DNA of 64,000 bases from an uncultured bacterium. GTDB lineage: Bacteria > Patescibacteriota > Patescibacteriia > Magasanikbacterales > GWA2-37-8. Position 1 is the first letter of the stretch; each line of letters begins with the position of its first letter. This document shows positions 54,778-62,370 of this stretch, piece after piece. The stretch covers positions 131,275 through 195,274 of the forward strand of contig CALCZC010000025.1 in the NCBI GenBank assembly GCA_937903605.1. The letters are read 5' to 3'. The notes below the pieces were generated by a model, which worked only from the letters and a program-made list of their open reading frames with translations, ran no database searches and had not been told where the DNA came from. A program made the position numbers and the translations under genes.

Positions 54778-55038
54778 ATGTGTCATGACAATTGCGAATG
54801 TGATGGAAGCTGTGGAGATGACTGCAGATGCAAAAGGTTGCAGCCGGTAACGGTCTACTGCACCTGTCCGGGACAAAACAGTGCGAACTGTTGTTGCCCG
54901 GATGACGATCTGAATCTCTGCTGTCCGCAGCACAACGAACGCCCCAAACCGGCATCAGATTGTCCACTGCACAAACATCTGGAATTCTTTCCGAGAAATG
55001 CGAAGAAGTCGATGATTAGATGGGTTCTCCCCAAATAA
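54778..55038 (+). CDS. Metallothionein-like Cys-rich protein (86 aa, ~16 Cys), paralog of the upstream gene
   Basis: SD AAAGGAGG. N-terminal CHDNCECDGSCGDDCRC, then CTCP...CCCP...NERPKPASDCPLH shared with the upstream protein. Confidence 0.5.
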   Translation: MCHDNCECDGSCGDDCRCKRLQPVTVYCTCPGQNSANCCCPDDDLNLCCPQHNERPKPASDCPLHKHLEFFPRNAKKSMIRWVLPK

Positions 55039-55090
55039 TCTCTCTTTTTCGTAAAATTCAAACGGCCCACTCGCGTGAGCCGTTTTTTTT

Positions 55091-55152
55091 ACCCCGTGAA
55101 ATTTTGTCCGCCGTGGCGGACGAACCTGCCTTTGGCAGGATTTCACTGGGGT
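55091..55152. repeat. Family B element: ACCCCGTGAAAT / ATTTCACTGGGGT termini enclosing two hairpins
   Basis: Internal hairpins GTCCGCCGTGGCGGAC and CCTGCCTTTGGCAGG. It lies between convergent genes just after a terminator. Confidence 0.5.
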
Positions 55153-55187
55153 AAATTCTTTTTCTTACCTGCTTACAAGCTTACTAG

Positions 55188-56279
55188 CTAATCAAGGTAT
55201 TTCGCCCCCAAAAATGTCGCTATAGGCATAGAAAGTGCCACCCCGATACTACCGGTTAATGTGCGGATAATTTCCGTGGCCACCATTTCGTTATTTATCG
55301 CCTGTGCAAAAGTCAAAGCTTCATTTTGCCCTAAAGTAAATAATATTAGTAATGGTAAAGATGCACCAGCATAAGTCAAAAATAAAGTATTTACTATCGC
55401 GCCCAGATGAGTATTACCCACTTCATAACCCATTTTGAAAACTTGCCAAAAAGGAAGATTTGGGTTAGCTTTTTTGATTTGTTTAACCGCTTCTATTTGT
55501 CCGATAACCACATCGTCAAGCACCCCAACCGCACCAATCAACATCCCAGCCAAAAGAAGCCCACGAAAATCTATCGCTTTTTCCCCTACTCCAATGAGAA
55601 AAACCGCTTCTTCATTAGCCAAACCGGTCAATTTACTCAAAGAAACAAAAAGCCAGGATAAAAATAAAGTTGCAACCAAAGAAATAAAAACACTTGCTAA
55701 TCCCAAATTTGATTTTCTATTTATCCCTTCAGTAATATAAATCATCGCCACTAAAATAAAAAACGAACCAAATAAACTGATAACAAGAGGATTGTTACCG
55801 CCGATAATTTGCGGTAAAATAAATTTCAAAATTATAAAAAAACTAACAATGAGCCCGAGCATGGCGCGCCAGCCTTTTTTCCCTCCTATCACGGCAATTA
55901 TCAACACAAATAAAAATGCTAGAAAGCCCAATTTACCCGAACGGACATAATCCATCACAAAAAATCTTTCTTCATCATCAAAATCAGCGATTTTTTGTAC
56001 CAAAACCTTATCTCCGACTTTATAAATATTACTGCCAGCAATATCAACTTCAGAAATTCCTAAATATTTTACTTCTTTATCTTTATAAAAACCCTCTGTC
56101 CCTAATAACAAAAGATTTTGTTGGATTTTTTGCGTACCATCACCTCTGTCTATTTGCTGTTCTTGTAAAATTTCAATAACTTTAGCTTGAAAAATATCTT
56201 CCGCGGTTTGCGCAAATACAAAAAACGGGCAAAAAAGTCCGACCAAAAGCATAATAACAAAAAACTTTTTTAAAAACAT
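55188..56279 (-). CDS. YibE/F-like polytopic membrane protein with an N-terminal signal peptide
   Basis: Signal peptide + ~110-aa extracytoplasmic segment + seven TMs. The family call is weak. Confidence 0.35.
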   Translation of the reverse strand: MFLKKFFVIMLLVGLFCPFFVFAQTAEDIFQAKVIEILQEQQIDRGDGTQKIQQNLLLLGTEGFYKDKEVKYLGISEVDIAGSNIYKVGDKVLVQKIADFDDEERFFVMDYVRSGKLGFLAFLFVLIIAVIGGKKGWRAMLGLIVSFFIILKFILPQIIGGNNPLVISLFGSFFILVAMIYITEGINRKSNLGLASVFISLVATLFLSWLFVSLSKLTGLANEEAVFLIGVGEKAIDFRGLLLAGMLIGAVGVLDDVVIGQIEAVKQIKKANPNLPFWQVFKMGYEVGNTHLGAIVNTLFLTYAGASLPLLILFTLGQNEALTFAQAINNEMVATEIIRTLTGSIGVALSMPIATFLGAKYLD

Positions 56280-56281
56280 AT

Positions 56282-57499
56282 TTATCCAAACATCAAAAAT
56301 TCCGGTTTAAAAATCAACAAAAAGCCGATGATTACCATCAAAATACCGCCAATCAGATTGGAATATCTACTGTATTTACCGGATAGCACAGTCATCCGAA
56401 GAGTAATCATAGCGGCAAAAAATACTACCAAATCGTCGAGCATAAAAAAGAAAACATACCCGAGAATATATAGATAATATTGCCAAGTCGGTAAATTATT
56501 AAGCGCCAACACCTGCGTATAAATAGCCGGAAATCCTGCAGAACAAATAAGTTCCACCAAATTAACCATACCAGCTAAAAGCATAATTCCACCGAGCGCC
56601 AACCAAAAACTGTTGTGTTGAACCAACCCTTTCAGCTTAGCAAAAGTTTTTTGTTTTTCTTCTCCACCCGTCACTTTACAAGCTCCGTCTTTATTTTTCC
56701 AATATTCTCGCAAATGATAAAGTCCTCCACCCACAGCAAAAACAGCAATAGCGACACGAACCCAAATGATAAATCCCAAAAAAATAAGTAAATTTAACCA
56801 AGCCGCCATAAACATGAAATAAACGGCGGCTGAAGAAACAATGAATGCGGTTCCTAAAATAAACATCCTTTTACGATTTTGCATCCCGAGTAACAAACTG
56901 ATAAGAAACACCAAAACCCACATAGCACAAGGATTGAAACCGTCCAAAATACCGATAATAACAGTGAGCGCTGGCAAAGAAAAATCCATCGCATCAATTT
57001 TACCCAAAAAAGGCACATCGATAATCTTTTTTTCTTTTTCCTCATCTTTTGGAAGCTGTTCTTCTGAAGTTGGCTCTTTTGTTACGCCGACAATTTCTCC
57101 TACGCTATCTGGGCATTTTTTCCTACCACATTCTTCTATCCTATTGGCAAGTTCCGACGGTGACATGGTTTCCAAAAAACCGACAAAAGTTTTATCACCG
57201 ATGATAGTAAAAGGCACACCATCCACTCGTGCGCCAAGTTTTTTTCCAATCTGTTGCAAATAATTCATGTTTTGAAAATTGGTATAAACTTCAAAACTAT
57301 GCACGCGTAAATATGAATACTTGGTTTGAAAATATTTCAATAATTCTTCTTCTTTGGCACAATGAGGACATCCCTTGCCCCAAAAGAAATATAAATTAAC
57401 TTCTTCTTGAGCGGAAGCAGTCGGTGTCAAAAATAAACCAAAAATAGTAATAAATGTAATAACAATTAATTTAGCGACATTTTTTTGTAAAAAATTCAT
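56282..57499 (-). CDS. Thioredoxin-fold (CPHC) protein fused to a CcdA/DsbD-like transmembrane thiol-disulfide transporter domain
   Basis: N-terminal WGKGCPHCAKEE, a second Trx-like stretch, and C-terminal TMs with DGFNPCAMW (an SPC-like motif). Confidence 0.55.
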   Translation of the reverse strand: MNFLQKNVAKLIVITFITIFGLFLTPTASAQEEVNLYFFWGKGCPHCAKEEELLKYFQTKYSYLRVHSFEVYTNFQNMNYLQQIGKKLGARVDGVPFTIIGDKTFVGFLETMSPSELANRIEECGRKKCPDSVGEIVGVTKEPTSEEQLPKDEEKEKKIIDVPFLGKIDAMDFSLPALTVIIGILDGFNPCAMWVLVFLISLLLGMQNRKRMFILGTAFIVSSAAVYFMFMAAWLNLLIFLGFIIWVRVAIAVFAVGGGLYHLREYWKNKDGACKVTGGEEKQKTFAKLKGLVQHNSFWLALGGIMLLAGMVNLVELICSAGFPAIYTQVLALNNLPTWQYYLYILGYVFFFMLDDLVVFFAAMITLRMTVLSGKYSRYSNLIGGILMVIIGFLLIFKPEFLMFG

Positions 57500-57686
57500 A
57501 AATCTAAAATCAAAAATATTTATTGATAGTTTATCATATTAATTCTTTTTTTCCAAGAGTCCCAAATTTGGCTTATCTATCCCCAATTTAACCTTGACTT
57601 TTTGGCTAAAAAGTGTTATTTTTAAAGCCGGTTTAAAAAAATTGTACCTTGACAATATTATCAATCATCATCAAAAGGAGACTCTG

Positions 57687-59873
57687 ATGACAAACTGGAT
57701 TATTTGGGCTGTACTTGTCTGCGCCGTTATCGCTCTGTTTTTTGCTTGGAAATTTTTTCAAGCAATGAAAAAAGAAAAGGAAGATGAACGAACAAAAAAC
57801 ATTGCATTGTACATCAGAGAAGGGGCTATGGCTTATCTGCGTCAGCAGTATAAAATAGTCGGACCTTTTTTGATCGTGTTGGCAATAATTTTTGCCGTAA
57901 TGGCATACTTTGGATTGCAAAATCCTTGGGTGCCGTTTGCTTTTTTGACCGGAGGATTTTTCTCCGGTTTAGCCGGGTTCTTTGGGATGAAGACTGCTAC
58001 CTACGCGAATTCTCGCGCAGCTAGTGCAGCCACTGTATCTTTAAACAAAGGGTTACAAGTTTCGTTCCGCTCAGGAGCGGTGATGGGATTGGTGGTTGTA
58101 GGACTGGGATTATTGGATATAGCAGTTTGGTTTATGGTTTTAAGCCATTTTTATTCTTATCTGCAGGATCCGCATAATCTCATAATTATCACAACAACAA
58201 TGCTAACTTTTGGTATGGGTGCTTCCACTCAAGCGCTTTTTGCGCGTGTGGGCGGAGGTATTTACACCAAAGCTGCAGATGTTGGTGCTGACCTTGTGGG
58301 TAAAGTTGAAGCCGGGATTCCCGAAGATGATCCTCGTAACCCGGCAACCATTGCTGACAATGTCGGTGATAATGTTGGTGATGTAGCTGGGATGGGTGCC
58401 GATCTCTATGAGAGTTATTGCGGAAGTATTTTGGCTACCGCAGCTCTGGGAGCAGTGGCTTTTCAAGCTGATACCACCATGCAACTGAGGGCGGTTTTGG
58501 CACCGATGATTATCGCTGCTATTGGTATATGTCTTTCAATCTTTGGAGTTTATACAGTGAAAACTGCAGAAAATTCTACGATGAAACAGTTACTTTCCGC
58601 TTTAAACCGCGGTACATTTCTCTCATCAATCCTGGTTGCGATTTTTACTTTCGTGTCTTTATTTTTTCTCGGACTGCATAACTGGATAGGTGTTTCTTTT
58701 TCCGTTGTCATTGGACTTGTGGCTGGAGTTATCATCGGTCAAGCGACTGAATACTATACTTCGCATAGCTACGCTCCGGTAAAAGCAGTAGCTGAAAGTT
58801 CCAAAACTGGCCCGGCAACAGTTATCATCGCCGGTCTAGGGTTAGGAATGAATTCAGTATCTATTCCAGTGTTGACAGTTACATCTGCTGTTATTTTGAG
58901 TTTTCTATCTGCGATAAACTTTGATGTAGCCAATATGTTGACTGCTGTGAATTTAAATACCGGACTTTATGGTATCGGTATAGCAGCAGTTGGCATGCTT
59001 TCTACTCTGGGTTTTACTTTGGCTACAGACGCTTTTGGTCCTATAGCGGACAATGCCGGTGGTATTGCCGAGATGGCCGAACTGGGTAGCGAAGTTCGTA
59101 AAAGAACCGATGCGCTGGATGCACTGGGAAATACTACAGCCGCGACTGGTAAAGGCTTTGCCATAGGTTCAGCCGGCTTAACCGCACTGGCACTCTTGGC
59201 CGCTTATCTGGAAGAAGTGAAAATTGCTCTTATTCGCGATGGTCAAACTTTTATCGGAGAAATTCCAATAAAAGACGCTGGTATTTTGGATTTTATACAA
59301 CACTTCCAAATACACTTGATGAACCCTAAGGTTTTGGCCGGAGCGTTTATAGGTTCGATGCTGTGCTTTGTATTTTCTGGAATCACCATGAACGCTGTTG
59401 GTAGAGCTGCCGGAAGCATGGTAGATGAAGTCCGCCGTCAATTCCGGGAAATCCCCGGAATATTGGAGGGTGCGAGTAAGCCTGATTATGCGCGTTGCGT
59501 GGCAATATCCACCAAAGGTGCACAGAAAGAAATGCTCTTTCCTTCATTTTTGGCTATAGTCACCCCGGTTTTTGTTACTGTAATTTTTGGAGTAGCCGGA
59601 GTAATGGGGCTTTTGGTCGGAACACTTTCCACTGGCTTTATTTTGGCTGTATTTATGGCTAATGCCGGCGGAGCATGGGACAACGCCAAAAAATACATCG
59701 AGGAAGGCAACCTTGGTGGAAAAGGTAGTAATAATCACAAAGCTACCGTTGTCGGCGATACGGTCGGAGATCCTTTCAAGGACACCTCCGGACCAAGTTT
59801 AAACATACTCATCAAGCTGGTGAGTATGGTCAGTATCGTCATGGTCGGACTCACAACCTTTTCGATACTTTAA
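57687..59873 (+). CDS. hppA: Membrane-bound H+(or Na+)-translocating pyrophosphatase
   Basis: [37 protein letters not shown] and ~16 TMs. The start is set at MTNWII after SD AAAGGAG; the ORF-track start at 57594 is probably upstream read-through. Confidence 0.9.
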   Translation: MTNWIIWAVLVCAVIALFFAWKFFQAMKKEKEDERTKNIALYIREGAMAYLRQQYKIVGPFLIVLAIIFAVMAYFGLQNPWVPFAFLTGGFFSGLAGFFGMKTATYANSRAASAATVSLNKGLQVSFRSGAVMGLVVVGLGLLDIAVWFMVLSHFYSYLQDPHNLIIITTTMLTFGMGASTQALFARVGGGIYTKAADVGADLVGKVEAGIPEDDPRNPATIADNVGDNVGDVAGMGADLYESYCGSILATAALGAVAFQADTTMQLRAVLAPMIIAAIGICLSIFGVYTVKTAENSTMKQLLSALNRGTFLSSILVAIFTFVSLFFLGLHNWIGVSFSVVIGLVAGVIIGQATEYYTSHSYAPVKAVAESSKTGPATVIIAGLGLGMNSVSIPVLTVTSAVILSFLSAINFDVANMLTAVNLNTGLYGIGIAAVGMLSTLGFTLATDAFGPIADNAGGIAEMAELGSEVRKRTDALDALGNTTAATGKGFAIGSAGLTALALLAAYLEEVKIALIRDGQTFIGEIPIKDAGILDFIQHFQIHLMNPKVLAGAFIGSMLCFVFSGITMNAVGRAAGSMVDEVRRQFREIPGILEGASKPDYARCVAISTKGAQKEMLFPSFLAIVTPVFVTVIFGVAGVMGLLVGTLSTGFILAVFMANAGGAWDNAKKYIEEGNLGGKGSNNHKATVVGDTVGDPFKDTSGPSLNILIKLVSMVSIVMVGLTTFSIL

Positions 59874-59886
59874 AATTTTGTTCTTT

Positions 59887-59917
59887 AAAACCGCCTGTTT
59901 TCACAGGCGGTTTTTTT
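59887..59917 (+). terminator. Rho-independent terminator
   Basis: CCGCCTGTTTTCACAGGCGG followed by TTTTTTT. Confidence 0.75.
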
Positions 59918-59956
59918 ATTTGCTAAAAATTATAAAATAAATTATTATTATATCGT

Positions 59957-60454
59957 ATGCAAATCCCTTACCGTAAACCGGGAAAATATAATTATAACGA
60001 TAAAGATCCTCTAATAACAGAGGATAAATTTTTACAATTAAAAAATAAATTGGAAAGACTAAAAAGAAATCAACCGGAAGCCATATCAGAAGTATCACGT
60101 TTGGCACAACTGGGAGATTTCAGTGAAAACGTAGAATATCAATTAGCCAAAGGACGTTTACGTAAAATAAATCACGAAATGCAGGTTTTGGAAAATCAAT
60201 TACACCAAGCAAAAATTATAACAAGTACAGACAGTTCTAAAATACAAGTTGGCCACACTGTAACAGTGCTTATAAAAGATGAACAAAAAACATATACAAT
60301 ATTGGGGTCTGAAGAAACAGATCCGTTTACAGGTAAAATTTCTTACAATTCCCCTATCGGATCTGCGCTTTTAGGTCATCGAGTTGGAGATGTGGTTGAA
60401 ATAAATATTGGGGGAAAAGGAGTAAAATATGAGATATTAGATATTAAATATTAA
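59957..60454 (+). CDS. GreA/GreB-family transcript cleavage factor, second paralog
   Basis: GDFSENVEYQLAKGRL coiled-coil tip with acidic residues retained, plus a C-terminal FKBP-like domain. Confidence 0.75.
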   Translation: MQIPYRKPGKYNYNDKDPLITEDKFLQLKNKLERLKRNQPEAISEVSRLAQLGDFSENVEYQLAKGRLRKINHEMQVLENQLHQAKIITSTDSSKIQVGHTVTVLIKDEQKTYTILGSEETDPFTGKISYNSPIGSALLGHRVGDVVEINIGGKGVKYEILDIKY

Positions 60455-60474
60455 AATATTGTAATATTAAAAAC

Positions 60475-60505
60475 AAAAAACGGACTTTAAAGTCCGTTTT
60501 TTTTT
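60475..60505. terminator. Bidirectional intrinsic terminator between convergent genes
   Basis: AAAAAA-CGGACTTTAAAGTCCG-TTTTTTTTT. Confidence 0.75.
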
Positions 60506-60506
60506 A

Positions 60507-61190
60507 TTATTTCTTCTTTTTTACTACAACTTTTTTTGGAGCAACTTTTTTTTCTTTCACTGGTTTTTTTATCTCTTTTTTTACTTCTTTCTTTGCCTCT
60601 GCTTTAATAACTTTTTTATCTTCTTTTACTTCTACTTTTTCGGCTTTTTCTGCTACTGCGTTTGGAGCTAAGATTTTCATCAATCTATCCAATTTTACAT
60701 GCAAGCCTTTGAGCTCTACCATAAGTTCTCCATTATCTTTTCCACCTTTTCCACTTTTACCAAAACAGTCATCACACAAAACTTCTTTACCCGGAGTTGG
60801 TCTGAAAGGCACTTGGCATTTTGCTCCGCATTTACCACAAACCGCATCATGCATACCACCTCTATCTTCGTGACGAGGTCTGCTATCTGACCTTTCTCCT
60901 CTGCCTCTGCCAAATCTATCTGGTCTTTCACTGCCACCGCCTTGTTTGTCAAAACAGGTGCTACAAAAAACCGGCCTGTCGCCTGTCGGCCTAAACGGAA
61001 GTTCACATTCTTTACCACATTCACTACAAGTAGCTTTGTGCATTTGAGGTCTACCTCCGCCAAAACCACTCCCAAAGGGACCCCTTCGGGGCGCGCCACC
61101 ACCAAATGATCGTCCCCCGCCAAAACCACCTCTATTACCACCAAACTTATTTCCACCACCAAACTTTTTTCTGTCGTTAAATTTTCCCAT
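60507..61190 (-). CDS. Gly/Arg-rich (RGG-box) protein with two CxxC...CxxC zinc-ribbon repeats and a Lys-rich C-terminal tail. Putative nucleic-acid-binding.
   Basis: FGGGNKFGGNRGGFGGGRSFGGG. Two copies of C-x2-C-GK-x-C-x-[LV]PFRPT-x5-V-x-C-x2-CF. Tail KKEVKKEIKKPVKEKKVAPKKVVVKKKK. Confidence 0.5.
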   Translation of the reverse strand: MGKFNDRKKFGGGNKFGGNRGGFGGGRSFGGGAPRRGPFGSGFGGGRPQMHKATCSECGKECELPFRPTGDRPVFCSTCFDKQGGGSERPDRFGRGRGERSDSRPRHEDRGGMHDAVCGKCGAKCQVPFRPTPGKEVLCDDCFGKSGKGGKDNGELMVELKGLHVKLDRLMKILAPNAVAEKAEKVEVKEDKKVIKAEAKKEVKKEIKKPVKEKKVAPKKVVVKKKK

Positions 61191-61395
61191 ACACTTAAAT
61201 TTTAGATTTATGATTTAAAATTTTAGATTTAAAATTATCAATTATAATATCCATTTATGCAACTTTATGAACTTTATAAATTTTTTAAAACTTTTTATAT
61301 TTTATCATATTTTAGCGAAAAAAGCAAGGGCAAGGCAAAAAAAGACAAGTTTATTAAAAAAACAACCAGCTTTTTTAGCAGGCTGTTTTTTGTTT

Positions 61396-62364
61396 TTATC
61401 TTATAATTACCGGCTCTACTGTATCCTTTCTTTCCTTATCTTTATAATATTCTGGGTCTATTTTTCTTTCAAAACAAACTCTTCCGGCTTCGTGTTGCCA
61501 ATTTTCTTGATAATAAGGATCCGGATAATAACCATATTTTCCCGCATAATTTGAATTTTTATCATCTGTGTTTGATGTACCAAAATTGGCGCAAAGACTG
61601 AAATTAAGCGCATCTTTCACAATATATTCATAATTTTGTTCAGTATCCGGATCTTGCGGAATATAAAATCCGGTGATATCAACTTTCAGGTCATCCAGAT
61701 TTTCCGGCAATTTTCCTTTTTGAATCCAAAAATTTATAACTTGACCTTGGATTGATTGTAAATCGTTGATTCTTCTTTCGTCAAAACGACGGTTGCGTTG
61801 GTCAGCGGGTGTACCGACAATAAAAAATCCGGCAATAATACTGCCTAGCACCACTATTGCAACAACTATTGTTAAAATCTTCGGTATATTGGTTTTTTTA
61901 TTATCTCTTTTGAGTTCCCAAAAATAATACCCGAAAACCGCTCCTGCGACCAGTAACACTGCCAAAACTTTCAAGAAAAATCTGGTGGAAATTTCTCCAT
62001 CAAGAAAATAATAAACCGTTATCATCAAATCAACAATTATAGTAATAGCAGAAAGAAAAAGTGTAAAATAAATCAACCATTTACGTAATTTCAAATCTCT
62101 TTTTTCCGGTTGTTTTTGAATATCTTTACCAAGCATCCAAGAACTCAACAAATAAGCTGGAACAGCTATAAATAATACTGAACTGGCCCAACGAACACCT
62201 GTAGAAATTCCGGTAAAATAATAATTTAGCGCATCTGGAAAAAGAGCGTTGATATAATTGACGTAAAGTGTTATCAAACCGATAACACTGAGATAAAAAG
62301 TCACGATGTTGAAAAGATGTAAAAATACATCTTTGGGTGTGCTTTTGACGTGAGTTTGTTCCAT
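61396..62364 (-). CDS. Hypothetical membrane protein (four N-terminal TMs and a C-terminal soluble domain)
   Basis: No motif recognized. Confidence 0.4.
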   Translation of the reverse strand: MEQTHVKSTPKDVFLHLFNIVTFYLSVIGLITLYVNYINALFPDALNYYFTGISTGVRWASSVLFIAVPAYLLSSWMLGKDIQKQPEKRDLKLRKWLIYFTLFLSAITIIVDLMITVYYFLDGEISTRFFLKVLAVLLVAGAVFGYYFWELKRDNKKTNIPKILTIVVAIVVLGSIIAGFFIVGTPADQRNRRFDERRINDLQSIQGQVINFWIQKGKLPENLDDLKVDITGFYIPQDPDTEQNYEYIVKDALNFSLCANFGTSNTDDKNSNYAGKYGYYPDPYYQENWQHEAGRVCFERKIDPEYYKDKERKDTVEPVIIR

Positions 62365-62370
62365 ATAAAA

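Noticed and set aside
54526-55146. Minus-strand ORFs 54526-54759, 54776-54967, 54855-55070, 54955-55146 and plus 54591-54788
   Set aside because: They are antisense or alternative frames of the GC-rich Cys-rich genes. High GC produces long spurious ORFs. The sense genes have SDs and a promoter.
57594-57686. Upstream extension of the pyrophosphatase ORF
   Set aside because: No SD precedes it. AAAGGAG precedes the internal MTNWII start, which also matches the usual H+-PPase N-terminus.
60716-61162. 148-aa minus-strand ORF in an alternative frame of the RGG-protein gene, and the 60699-60890 plus ORF
   Set aside because: They overlap the frame that yields coherent zinc-ribbon repeats with an SD-less but terminator-flanked gene. 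They are alternative frames of a GC-rich segment.
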